Assembly: GCA_040954595.2 (NCBI GenBank) | Contig: CM082576.2 | Span: forward strand, 4,376,760-4,440,759 | Length of the DNA stretch: 64,000 nt | Source of the DNA: Balanoglossus misakiensis | Lineage: Eukaryota > Animalia > Hemichordata | Direction: 5' to 3' | Shown: positions 1 through 12,100 of the stretch, in pieces | Numbering within the stretch: position 1 is the first letter of the stretch | Layout: every line of letters starts with the position of its first letter | Notes under the pieces: generated by a model | What the model was told of the DNA's origin: nothing | The model's database searches: none | Seen by the model: the letters and a program-made list of their open reading frames with translations, nothing else | Position numbers and translations under genes: made by a program

Positions 1-895
1 GCTAGGGCGAGCCCAATTATGTCAAGGATTAGTGGGGAAGGGAATTGAGAACAGTCTTTATGTCAGATGAGAAAATGTCAGGCTGATTAGCAAAGTGGGT
101 AAATTTTGCGCTTCTTGAAGCGGCAGTTTATATCTTTCTTGGCACCTGCTGATCGATGAGGTGTCTGTATATGTATTGGAATTGGGGGGAGTGATGATGA
201 ATTCGTCTTGGCTGAATTGAATTCTGGGACAGGCAGCCTCAAGATAGCCATCAACGCTTCAAGTTAACATCAACAGAGAGATAATGCTTGTACACAGAGA
301 ATCTCGTCTCGAAGTTTGCACACTCGAAAGCAGTATTGAAAAAATCAATATTTGTAATTACTCTGTCTGACCACACTTGAAGACTTTCCCGGAGTTCCTG
401 CACATTGCAGCTGTCAATACTTATCAGGCGCAGGCAATTATTCCAGCCAGATTTAATATCCAGATGGATTTTTTTTCAATACAAGATAAAATATTTGACA
501 GGTAGTCTTTTCTTTTTTTCGGCTTGTTAAAAATTTTGAATAGAAGTGGCAGTTTTCATATGCTGCCTTGGAGAATCAATAAACATCGGTATTCCAGGTT
601 TCATAAAATTTCACTCGAAGGATTGGTTAATTTGCACTTTGGCTTACAAGTATATAGTGTGGTGTCATTATACTGGCAACTGCAATGTAAGGAGATGGGA
701 TTGGAGCTGTAAGTATGAGTGCGAAATAAAGATTCAAAATAGATATGAGAATGTTTTTCACATAAATGCTGAAAATTTTTCAAAAATGAGATATGTATTT
801 TTTATGATCTGAAAAATCGATTTAACTTTGCTTGCGAGTCATTATTTTTAAGTAATATGTCTGCCTGCTAACAATTTCATCGCTTTGATTCACAG

Positions 896-1085
896 CAAAT
901 TTCTGACAAACTAGACTCAGCAACCCAGCAGAGACTCAAAGCGCAGAACGAGAAAATAGTAAAGCAGAAACTCCGAGAGGAACGAGCGAGACAGGCGAGA
1001 ATACGAGCTAAGCGGCTTGACCAAGCTGAAACAGATGAACTCAATTATGAAGTGGAAAAAGATGACACATTCAATGCAGATAACG
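896..1085 (+). CDS. Penultimate coding exon of an unidentified gene entering from upstream of the window (charged, coiled-coil-like segment)
   Basis: Acceptor ttgattcacAG (894-895) and donor GTatgt (1086). Open frame QISDKLDSATQQRLKAQNEKIVKQKLREERARQARIRAKRLDQAETDELNYEVEKDDTFNADN ends in phase 1, matching the next exon. Confidence 0.65.
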
Positions 1086-1240
1086 GTATGTTAATAAATT
1101 AATTTGTTTATCTGTGGCTTAGAGAATCATTGTACATTGTACCAAACTTATCAATATTTGAAATTCTAATAGACAGTTGATGTCTCTAGGTTAATTGTGC
1201 AATATTTTTATGTGAAATATCTTTTTTCTGAATTGGATAG

Positions 1241-1506
1241 ATGTCGACTCGTGGTTAGAGGGTTACAATCCCAATGAAGAGAATAATCAGGGATCGGCTG
1301 TCTCGTCGACGTCAGAACGAATCTACGATGGCAGAAGTAGTCCCGTCAAACGATACAACCCACTCACCAGCGCAGAGGCGAGAAAACGACAACTTGTCGG
1401 CACGAACGACAGAGATGAACCGGACTCAGATTCGGGGAACCAGTGGGCGCGCAAGAGTTACGAACACGAAGAAACTCCCCGACAGGACGAATTCTTTGAT
1501 TCATGA
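1241..1506 (+). CDS. Terminal coding exon of the same unidentified gene
   Basis: Acceptor cttttttctgaattggatAG (1239-1240). The phase-1 join gives DVDSWLEGYNPNEEN...QDEFFDS* with TGA at 1504-1506. The listed ORF 1274..1546 is in a different frame. Confidence 0.62.
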
Positions 1507-4500
1507 TTTACCCCGTAAATATCACCGTAGAAATTATTTTTTTTAAAGATGGGGATGAATACCACAGGGGATTACACTGATGGCTTCTGCATGGGCTGGG
1601 TGATTAATCACGGCCCACAGAGCTGCCAAGAAGTAAATTGAATTAAATTCACCGATTTGGTCGATTCAATTAGTGGGAAAGAAAAAAGAGCATTTATTTT
1701 GAGAACATGACATTTAACTTTTCCGGCTTCATAGAGAAAACTGCCTCAAGGGCACTAATATATTTTCAAGAAGAAACATATACGTGCAAAAGGTGAACGA
1801 GATCCAAATATTGCGGACCATTTAAAGTGGAATGTTTAGAGTTGAGTATATCTCCAGTGCACTGTAAAAATGCAAATACTGACAGTAATGTGGAGAAATC
1901 AAAGATTGAATTAGCATTATGATCAGATCTGTAAGACAGTAGGAAAACAATGTTTTAGGATACCTCAAATACTATTATTTGGTACCTGTTCAAAGTATTA
2001 TACATGTACAACTATTCAGTGATTATCAAAAAGGACATAAACAAGGGTTTTGTACTTGTGAACCAAAGCTGCAGTTTGCAGACTACAAAAATACCAAACA
2101 AAAATGTACCACAAAAAATTTACGTTGAAAAAATAATGTCACAATATCGCAAAGATATGACTACAACTACAGAGTCAAGATTGTTGCAAGCAAGGCAACA
2201 AAGACTCAAAAGATTATATTTTTGAAGCAATATTTTTGTAAAGAATACAATTTTGCAGAAAATCAAAGAAGATTCCAAAGACAAAACTGTTGAATAAAAA
2301 TAGAAGATGAGAAATTTCAATAATGTAACTAAATATGTTGACAATACATAAATATTTTGTGACCATATGGTCACGTGGCCATATATAGCTCATTTGCAAG
2401 TGAAATTTGTTTTGCTAGAGTCACTTTGCAGAATTGACTAAGATGTGTGTAGTATTTTACACAATGAGGAAACTCACGAAGGTATACAGCTTGTACAAGA
2501 GGGAAAAATCACATTTTTACTGCATTATTTATCAAAAGTATCAGATTTCGTGATTTATATCACAGAGGGATTATTCTCACACCAGCTTAACAGGATAAAA
2601 GCCACCATGCAGTTGAAGACATGTTTAACACCACAGTTGTAGCTCCTAGTTCTATAGTCGTGCTGAGGGGGAAATGGTCCTGGTTCGACAGTTTCCTTTA
2701 TCCATAATTCTTGTGATTTCAAATCGTTGAAAAGAGCACCAATCTTCAATAATTCACTGTCACTTGTTGGTTTTATGAAATTGAAAGAGTGCATCCTGTA
2801 GAAATTTTCAAATATGGATGAATTTTTTTTAGCAAGTGCCGTCATGCAACTTCAAAACCAGAATGTCCTCCTTGCCGGCCCCTTGCAACAGATTCTCACG
2901 TAAACTGCCATTTTTTTCTCTCTCAATTTTTGTATCCAGAGGGAGAATTGTAAATTCCATCTTCTTAATTACCAAGAGCTCTGGAGAATAATAACCCCCT
3001 ATAAACTACAAAGAAATTAAACACAGCCTGACAGATTACACTGGACAAGAAAAATATTCTGATCGGTTGAAAATGTCAACAAAACTACATTGTGTTCATT
3101 GTTTGATTTTTGGGGGAAAACATTACAGCACCTGTGATTTTTTAGACCACATAATTATAAAACGGCAAAGCAGTGAGAATTTATCACCAAGTTTAATAGT
3201 TCTATGACAGTGTTCATATCTAATTTCCTGCTAAAAACTTCACATCAAAGCAATAAATCTCAGTATACTGTTTGTCCTCAGGGTCCTTTCTTTGACAGTG
3301 TTTGCATCCAATTTTTCTGAATATCCCAGGTTTTGAAAAATTAATTGACATGGCACAAGTCGTTATTGTGCATGATTTGGAAGTAAATTATTGAAGAGTT
3401 TGCACACAGAGCTCCTTTGATCAACGATTTTGAAAAAAAACAAGCCCATTGTATCATCTACTGATATTCGTTTTCCCAGAATATAAATATCTCCCACGGA
3501 TGATGGGAGTGGTTGTAAAGGTCAGTGACCCCCTAATGTTGTCATGGCAACAAATGCTGCTGGGTGGAACAGAAATGTCTGTCACATTTTTGATAATTCT
3601 GTAAATATCTATACTTTGATCACATGTGACAACTAGTGTTTCTAGATGGAGCTAATAATAGTCCAGTGGATTTTCTCACAAAAGTACTGTTTATAGAGAT
3701 TTGTACAAGAAACAGCCCGTTCACTTGTGCCTTATTTATGATAAATGAACAATGTTCAATCAGTCCACCAAAAGCCACACATATTAAGCATTACAGTGGC
3801 TATGCCCATCACTAAAACCTTCCGTCCCACCTCATATCCATCCAAAACAATACAAATACAAAAGATTCTGTAAATATAAATATTAAGTTCATTTGTGTGT
3901 TTTGTTTTGTTTTTGCCAGAATTTGTTTTCTAGTTTAGAAAGGAAAATTATTACAATGCTTCCGTCCAGCAATATGTTTGTAAAAACATATGTTACATAA
4001 TGTGTGAATTTATTTAAACTTATGTGAATTTTGATTCAAAAAGACCACAATGGTGTCTATTATATTATTATGTGAAAGCTGATTGGGTATTCATCAGCTA
4101 ATTTGAATACGAAAGATGTTACCCCCTGGTACACCTTGCTCTTCAATATTTGAATGAAGTGAAAGCTGCCTGAATCAGCTATATTTTGACTGCTGATTTT
4201 GAAATCACAGGTTTGTGATAATGTTTGTATGTAAATATCTGAATAAACTCAATACAGTAAATGTGTGATTTTGGTGTCATAATGAAGTTTGGAAAGACTT
4301 CATTCAGTGGTTGTGGCTTGTATGAATTTCTTGCCGAAGTGTCTTTAGCTTGATTTTCTGCTCATTTGTGTTGCTTTTAAAGACTTTATTTTTCCTGCAA
4401 ATGTGTTTGGGTATGGGGCTGCGTTTTCTGTTGATTTTGCTATTCAGTAAATATTCTGTCGGATAAATCTGACAATGAAGTGAGGTCTTTAACGAGATTC

Positions 4501-5939
4501 AGTTTACGGTACATACTAGTAATCACCGAGTTGGAAAAGGCCAACAAAATTATAATGTGTCAAATTGAGATACATGTGGCACGGTATACTTGTATTTCAA
4601 TTTGTGTGAATTCCTGCGAAAAATGCGCAATCACAATTTGTTTAAACATAATGACCGTGGTTACAGGCGAATATGAGTGGAGTTTGCGAAGAGGTACAAA
4701 AATAAAATCGTTAAAATATGATTCGTGTTTTAAATGCAGCTGAGAAGTCAGCTTTCTTGCATTCAGACTAGCCAATTTAATTATGCACGAAATGACGCAG
4801 GGAAAATAAGTCGAGAACTAATATTGCTGCTGGCTTCTGTGAAATACTTATAAAATTCGTTCACGCTGTCGCCTTTGCCTTCGACAGACGGAAACTCTTT
4901 TCAAACTGACGAGAAAATTGCATGTCGAACATCGGTTTGACAGCATTTGAAGCGACAAGCACTGACAGCGAGACCAAGCACAGTCGTCTGTGGAATGATC
5001 GAAACGTTGGTGTAATGTGCGTTTTTTTTTACCGCGGTCATGTTGACCTTAATCATACACATATGGCTTTTTAACACAATTGTATGAATGCTTAGATTTA
5101 CCGTTAATTATTCTGGTCTTTATCAACTAAATGGGGTCATAAAACAGATCGATTACTGGCGATGCGTGCATTCTCTTGCAACAGAAAACAGTTTGATTTG
5201 AGGTGTCTAGGTTAAATAAAAAAACAGGACGGGTCGGGGAGAGAAGGGGTAGTCGTTGCAATTTTCCTTTCCGCCGACTCTTGAATCCAGGAGTCAAATC
5301 TCATGTGATCTACAGACAAACAAATGGATTTTTGAGACTCGAATTTCCCCCAAAATCAGATAGCCAGTATGCAAAACTACATTTGATTCTCCATTAAAAA
5401 ATAAAGTTTCTCTTCTCAGGCCAAAACCGATTTATACTTATGTTTTAAAGTCTATTAACAAAAAACGGAACCGGAGATGAAGAATTAATATTCCCAACAT
5501 CTATAGACTGAAGTCGTGTCTTGTTCTGATAACAGAACGATATTTTGGTAGCTACTATTAAAGTTCCACGCGGTCATCGATCTCTATGAGCTTGCGGTGG
5601 CCCCAAAGAATTAAAATCTACCAGAACACACGATTTCACTGTCTTTGACACGCGGGAATGCACTCTGAAATCGCGTGACGACATCCTGTCTTGGCAAATT
5701 AAACTTTGTCGGGTATCTACTTTTCGCGTAACTCTTGTACTCTCGACGCGACCGAATAAATTCCCACATAAAATGAAGCAATTAACCCCGTCAGCCCTTG
5801 TCACGACGTGCTGGCCTTAGCAACCGATAAAAAATGCAGTCACGTTCCAATTTCCCACTCAATAAGAAAGCGTGCCTGATAAACCCTATATATCTACATT
5901 GTAAAAAGAACCATCGCTAAAATGGCATTTTAAACCCAT

Positions 5940-5962
5940 AGAGAGAGAGAGAGAGAGAGAGA
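5940..5962. repeat. (GA)n microsatellite
   Basis: Direct reading of the agagag run. Confidence 0.9.
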
Positions 5963-6937
5963 AAAACAAGATAATTTTTACAATATACAGACATCTAAGA
6001 GCAGTCGCTTTTGATTTCGACATTCTCGGGGGATTTTTAACAAAGCCACTTCGCCATTATATATCCGCATAAAATATGCCAGGCCCGGATACCAAGTCGG
6101 ATAAAATTAATTTTGTTAAATTCATGTTTACCATGGGCACTGAGGAAATGGTATTATAGTCATTATCAGTTCGATTCTGATAATGTTTTGATAAAAGAAC
6201 GGGAGTTATTTGAACAATTATGGTGAATGGGCACATACTCCATCTTCGCCATAAATTCCCAATTCTAATTTTCTCTACAATATCACCACCAGAAATGTTC
6301 CCCGACAGTTTTTCCAATATATATCAACTAGAAATGTAGACGACATGTTAATACTGATTACACATTTGTGAAGATACCGATAAAGATGATTTCAAAGGAA
6401 ACTGGTACATTAAACTTGTTCGATTCCTTCTGATGACCGTATTCGGACGAGTGGAAAATTAATATAACTTATCTGGACATGATAACATTGCTGATTTGTT
6501 AACAGATACGTTCTCTCAATATTTTGCATTGGATTGGAATTCTAGGCACGTGACAGTAAAATTCAGATTAACTTGCTCGAGTTTTTTTTCAGGTTGGTGA
6601 AAAATATGAAAGCTTTGTCGGCACTATAGCACAGGACGGTCCAATAACTGAGCGACCCCATTAGGCACGTACAGATAACTTGTCGATGACAGTTCACAAG
6701 ATTACAACTCATGATGGCGCTCCATGGTATGGCGACTCGATTGTTGTTCAACCTGACTGCAGTATATTGTCCGGATCCATATGAATTTTACTCGCACTTT
6801 TCCAACGTTTGGGTGACGTTACATGGTTACCGTCGCCTTTTATGTTCACTTTCGGCTACCTCTGTACCAGGCTACGAATTTGCGACTTCTTTTTTTTTAT
6901 CTCAGAGTGGACGACTAATTCAACCAAAGCAGGTGGT

Positions 6938-7190
6938 TTATCTGTCGTCAGTCATCATCGATAAAAAGATGCCGCTCGCATGGTATTCAAATACAGTTGG
7001 CACTGCTTCCAATGAACCGGTTCTAGAGAGTACGCACAATTCATCCAGGCAAAGTCGACCGGCTATATCCCTCGAATGCCTGATGGAAACACTACGCTTG
7101 ATCAGTTCCATATTTGGCACTTACTGACTCACAAGAGTGGGGCTGCATCCAGAGTAGGCCGACAGTGTTCGCCATTTTGTGAAGAAAAGT
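6938..7190 (-). pseudogene. Possible degraded THAP-domain (transposon-derived) relic
   Basis: The minus-strand frame reads ...RSVSIRHSRDI...LEAVPTVFEY. AVPTVF resembles the THAP AVPTIF box and VSIRHS resembles VCSxHF. The upstream part is disrupted. Confidence 0.3.
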
Positions 7191-7634
7191 TGCCTGCTGC
7201 AGCGAGGTTTTGTTACGTGGGTAAGTTTTCCTTCTGTGGTGTGACGTTGCAGAATATTTTCTGACCAACGCAAAATTCATGCATCTCCGGTGAGAGACTG
7301 TCGACAGTTAAGGAGAATAACATACTAGTATCATGTATTCGAGTTTTACATCGGTTCAAAATTTAGAAATTGATTTTAACAATGCGTCGTTTGGAACCAA
7401 GAGATCATATCTGCTAGAGAAATCACGTTTTTCTTTATGTATTTAAAATTCAATCGGACATTTCACATTCAGATCAAACTCAGATACATGTAGGTTGTGC
7501 GTAAGTTGACAAGCTTCGTCTTTCTTTTCAATATGGATCTTTCCAAAATGTTAGGACGTTGCCATTGGTGATTTAGTACTAATTCGGAAATTTGCGAAAT
7601 AATTTTGGTCATTTAAAAGCGACCACTATTTTAT

Positions 7635-8463
7635 TTTCCACAAGTACACAGCGTAAAAGTACACAACACATCTTTACCACATCGAACTCGCTGATTACAC
7701 CCCGCAAGTGACGTGCAGTAAAGTCGTGTAAATGCAAAATCTACGCCATCAAGAGGACACGATAAGGCCTACGCAATCTCTTTAGCACGTAGTAAACCTG
7801 CAGCTACACCCCGCCGGAATACGTACGCGGTGAGGGATACCAGTAAAGACCAGGTTAGAAATATCATGTTGTAATTAGACCACTGACAATCTTCAACACA
7901 CGGTATACTACTTTCCACAAGTACACAGCGTAAAAGTACACAACACATCTTTACCACATCAAACTCGCTGATTACACCCCGCAAGTGACGTGCAGTAAAG
8001 TCGTGTAAATGCAAAATCTACGCCATCAAGAGGACACGATAAGGCCTACGCAATCCCTTTAGCACGTAGTAAACCTGCAGCTACACCCCGCCGGAATACG
8101 TACGCGGTGAGGGATACCAGTAAAGACCAGGTTAGAAATATCATGTTGTAATTAGACCACTGACAATCTTCAACACACGTTATACTACTTTCAACAAGTA
8201 CACAGCGTAAAAGTACACAACACATCTTTACCACATCAAACTCGCTGATTACACCCCGCAAGTCATGTGCAGTTAAGTCGTGTAAATGTAAAATTTACGC
8301 TATTAACAGGACTAAGTTATGCAATCCCTTTATCACGTGGTAAACCTGCAGATACACCCCGCTGGAATACGTACGCGGAGAGGAATATGCAAGACCATGT
8401 TCCCGCTTGCAGTCACAGAAATTTCATGGTTGGAATTAGACCAATGATAATCTTCAACACACA
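7635..8463. repeat. 277-bp tandem repeat, 3 copies (two near-identical, third diverged)
   Basis: The unit start c(c/a)acaagtacacagcgtaaaagtacacaacacatc recurs at 7638, 7915 and 8192 (period 277). The ORFs 7769..8014 and 8046..8261 are duplicates of each other. Confidence 0.95.
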
Positions 8464-9018
8464 GTTCTTTAAAGTTTGCCCAGCAAACGTGGATATTACA
8501 ACGACGTCTCTGATTGGTCAAAAGTTTTCACAAGAAATTTGCATAATAATAGGCCCACTTCGGAACTGGTATCAACTTACGCACATCGTACCTGATATCC
8601 AACCAACACAGCAATAGGTTTATGCAAATATGCTTTCTTGGTTCACGCAGACGCCGATTTTTATAAATGCTTACAAAGTGATTGTTTAAAATGCTGACAA
8701 TGGAAATAATATCTTGTCGTCAAATCAAATTTCGTCGCAGTGTCCGACCATCAGGCGAACGCGTTGGTGTTTGCATGGTGTTTGTTGTTGTAAAACCTAA
8801 CTGTGGGACTGCGCTTTAGTATTCAATACTTAGAATAATTGATGACTTGTCAACAATCACAAAGTCACGGGATCGTTCTAATGCCAGGGATAAGTGCAGT
8901 ATATGGAGTGTTTATTTGAAAACCTACCGAAAATTAATAGTACGAAAGTTGACATGTGGTGGCCATGTTTATTAGTATCCCGATACCCACAATGCACTAC
9001 AACCCAGCTGATGAAAAC

Positions 9019-9175
9019 ATGGCGGACGACGTAAACACAATGTCGTCGGGAGTCGATCCGCCAAAGATTAAACAATTGTTTCCAATAGGAGGGATAGTTT
9101 CACCCAAAAGCCATGGTGTAGCACCAAGGAGCCTGTTTCCTTCTGTTGCTGTAGCCACTGTTGACGAAAAAGAAG
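9019..9175 (+). CDS. NRDE2: NRDE2 coding exon 1
   Basis: aaacATGgcg start, contains SLFPS, donor AAG|GTacg, phase 1 fits exon 2. Confidence 0.8.
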
Positions 9176-12100
9176 GTACGGAAAAGATAACGTCGGGTTT
9201 GATGATTCGCTAGCATGCAGCTGGCCAAATCGTCACTGCCGTCTGCACGGAGTGACAACATGGTGTGTGCATTGTACGCGTGATCTCGATTTCTTTGGCA
9301 CGATTTGGAAGTTTCACTGCTTGCGAAAGTACGCGGAAGTACAACGTACACGCTTGTTCCGTACGATTAAAATAAATCGGTACTCTTTCAACGTTCACCA
9401 CGATCAACGGAAGGTCGTGGGTTCAGCTTCGACGTCAAATTCGCGATCGCGCCGCAGCGAATAAATGAAATTTAATTACTTACCGGACGAGTCGCGTGGT
9501 CTTCTGGCTGTGCGTTGACGCCTGTCTGTGGCGATGAATGAGACTGATGTGACGACAATCCTACGGTATTTATACCCTTGTCGCGTGTAAACGTTGTTGT
9601 AACGTCTCCGCCCACCCACCGCCAACCCATTCATAAACGTTAGTGTGACGATGAGTCAAGATCAAACTTGATGTCGACGTGCCCGCCCACGCACAATAAA
9701 CGTTTTTGTGACGTTATTACGCTGTGTCACGGTCACAGTGTAGTGACCGTGGTTGTGTCCAAGATCAACAAGAATTGATATCGATTTAACATTTTACTTG
9801 TACTATCAAACAACACAGGCAGAGTTGTTAGGTGTACTAGTATAACGGTGTAGTGTAGTGAAAATGCCACTCTTTCCAGTTTGCATCTGCGACAACATAG
9901 AACACCAACCCTCAAACAGTGCTAACTGTACTTTTTTCAGTGAGTTGTACTTTTTATTTTACAGCCTGTACACACACAACCCAGCAGTCAAAACCTAGAG
10001 CTACTGAACTGCAGCTACAAAACAGCTAGTTGAGCTGATATGTATACCTAAACTGAATTTTATAAATAATGTGCCTTTCCTCTCTCTTGTCTGCATTTTT
10101 TGTTTCACCAGGGCGAACCTCTGACTTAGGCTGGCTCCGTAATGAAAGTTTTAAGTCAGAAGATGCAATTGCCATTGCTAGACTCCATGAGAAAAATGCT
10201 GAGAGTGATCAAGGAGACGCTAAAAATGAAACCATCCGACAGGAACAGACTGTAGAAGTGGTAGAAACATTGACAGGAAGAATTGAAACCAAAGGAAAGA
10301 AGAAACACAAAACAAGCAGATATGCCAGTAGTCCATCTGAGGATGAGCGCCACAAAGAGGCTAAAGTTAGGAAATCAACCAAGTCGCACAGAAAGAGACA
10401 CAGTGACTCCGGTGACAAAGATGCAAGTGATGATAGGAAAAAGAGAAAGTCAAGAAAGGACGGACATCACAAGAAAAAACACAAACGTTATTCTAGTGAC
10501 TCATACAGTGATGATGAAAGAGAAAGGACTAAGAAAAGCTCTAAACACAAAAAGTCAACCCATAAACATAAGAAGCATAGTCATCACAGAGAGACAAGGC
10601 ATGATATTTCCAAACCAATCAGGTAGGTTAGTGTTGTCATATAGGTTGAGGGCGCTTTTTGGTCCTCTTGGAGTGGAAATAGAGTCATGTCAGAGGATTG
10701 AACAAATGCTGTCAAAGCTTTGAGTAACAACATGTAGTACAGGTCGTCTGCTGATTTTGAGATGATTGTGTTCCTAGATGTCCCCAGTTAGAAGTCACCT
10801 TTTTCATCTCAGGCATTTGATTGCGAACTGATGAGATTATGAAAGGACAAAGGGAGAACTGTAACAATTCCATTGTTTTACATGATGTGTTATGATATCA
10901 GCATATTACGGTACTACTTGGCTAAGTTTTGTGTAATCAAGTTAATTAGGTTATCTTTCACATTTTGCTGAATTTAGTAAATTAGAATTAATTTGTATTA
11001 AATTCCATTGTCAGGGAGAGTAAACCAGAGGCAGTAAAGCCATCCACCATCTGGATTGAAGAGACCAATTTAAAATTTGAAGATGCTTTCAGAGAAGACA
11101 AGAAGAGTGACAGGGACAACTTGGCCTTCAAGACGTTGTATTATCTCCATGTGGCCAGATATCGCAGACTTGGCAAATCTTGTCTCGGTCAGCAGAGTGG
11201 ACAGGTCATTGACTGGACGGACAGCAAGGAGAAGGAGAAGGAAAAGAAGAAGAAAAGAAAGCTAGGAAAGGGAAGGTATTATGGAAAAGATGCGGTTTGG
11301 AGTCTTATGGATGGCGACGCTGAGGTCATTGAACTTTATGCCCCGAAACTCGAGGATGAAAGAGGTGGCCACGCCAGAAGTTCGGACTTGAAGTATATTC
11401 CGTTAGAAATATCTATGGGTGAAGTGAACGTTGTCAGGCCGAGAGGTGATCATGATGGGAGGACAAAAATCGTTGATCCTCTGGGAATTCACGACGCAGC
11501 CACGCAGAACTACTTAGAAGGAAAAGGCAAAGAGAAGATGGAGGACATCAGCTCAAGAAAGTTATTTGAGGATAAGCAACGGGAAGCAAAGGACAAATTG
11601 CTGAAAAAGAAAACAGCAGAATTCAATAGGAAGACGTGTGAAAATCCGCACGATATCGCCACCTGGCTGGAATTTGTCAAATTCCAGGATGAAGTAGCGA
11701 GGAAAGGGGTTTTCGGGACGGATGAAGCAATGGAGGGTGAACGGAAGAAGAAAACCGACCTTGCAATGGCCGAGAAGAAAATGGCAATACTGGAGAAGGC
11801 GATTGAGAAAAATCCCACCTCCATCGCGTTGAAAACAGAACACCTGGAGCTGTGCCAGGAATTCTGGTCAGCGGGGAAAATAAACGAACACTGGCAACAG
11901 ATGGCCTTCCAGCATCCTAATGATCCATCTCTATGGCAACAGTACCTGATGTTTTCTCAGTCCAGTTTCTCCACATTTACCTTCAGTAAGATTCTCAAGC
12001 TCTACGGCAAATGTCTGAGTACTCTGTCGTCCGTCGTGGAGGGAACGTTTCAGTCACACACACCATTGCCACACACTGAAGAATACATGCTAGGTATGTT

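Noticed and set aside
1274-1546. 90-aa ORF from the ORF track
   Set aside because: The splice-compatible frame is a different one (1241-1506).
7769-8261. Duplicated ~75-aa minus-strand ORFs
   Set aside because: Products of the 277-bp tandem repeat.
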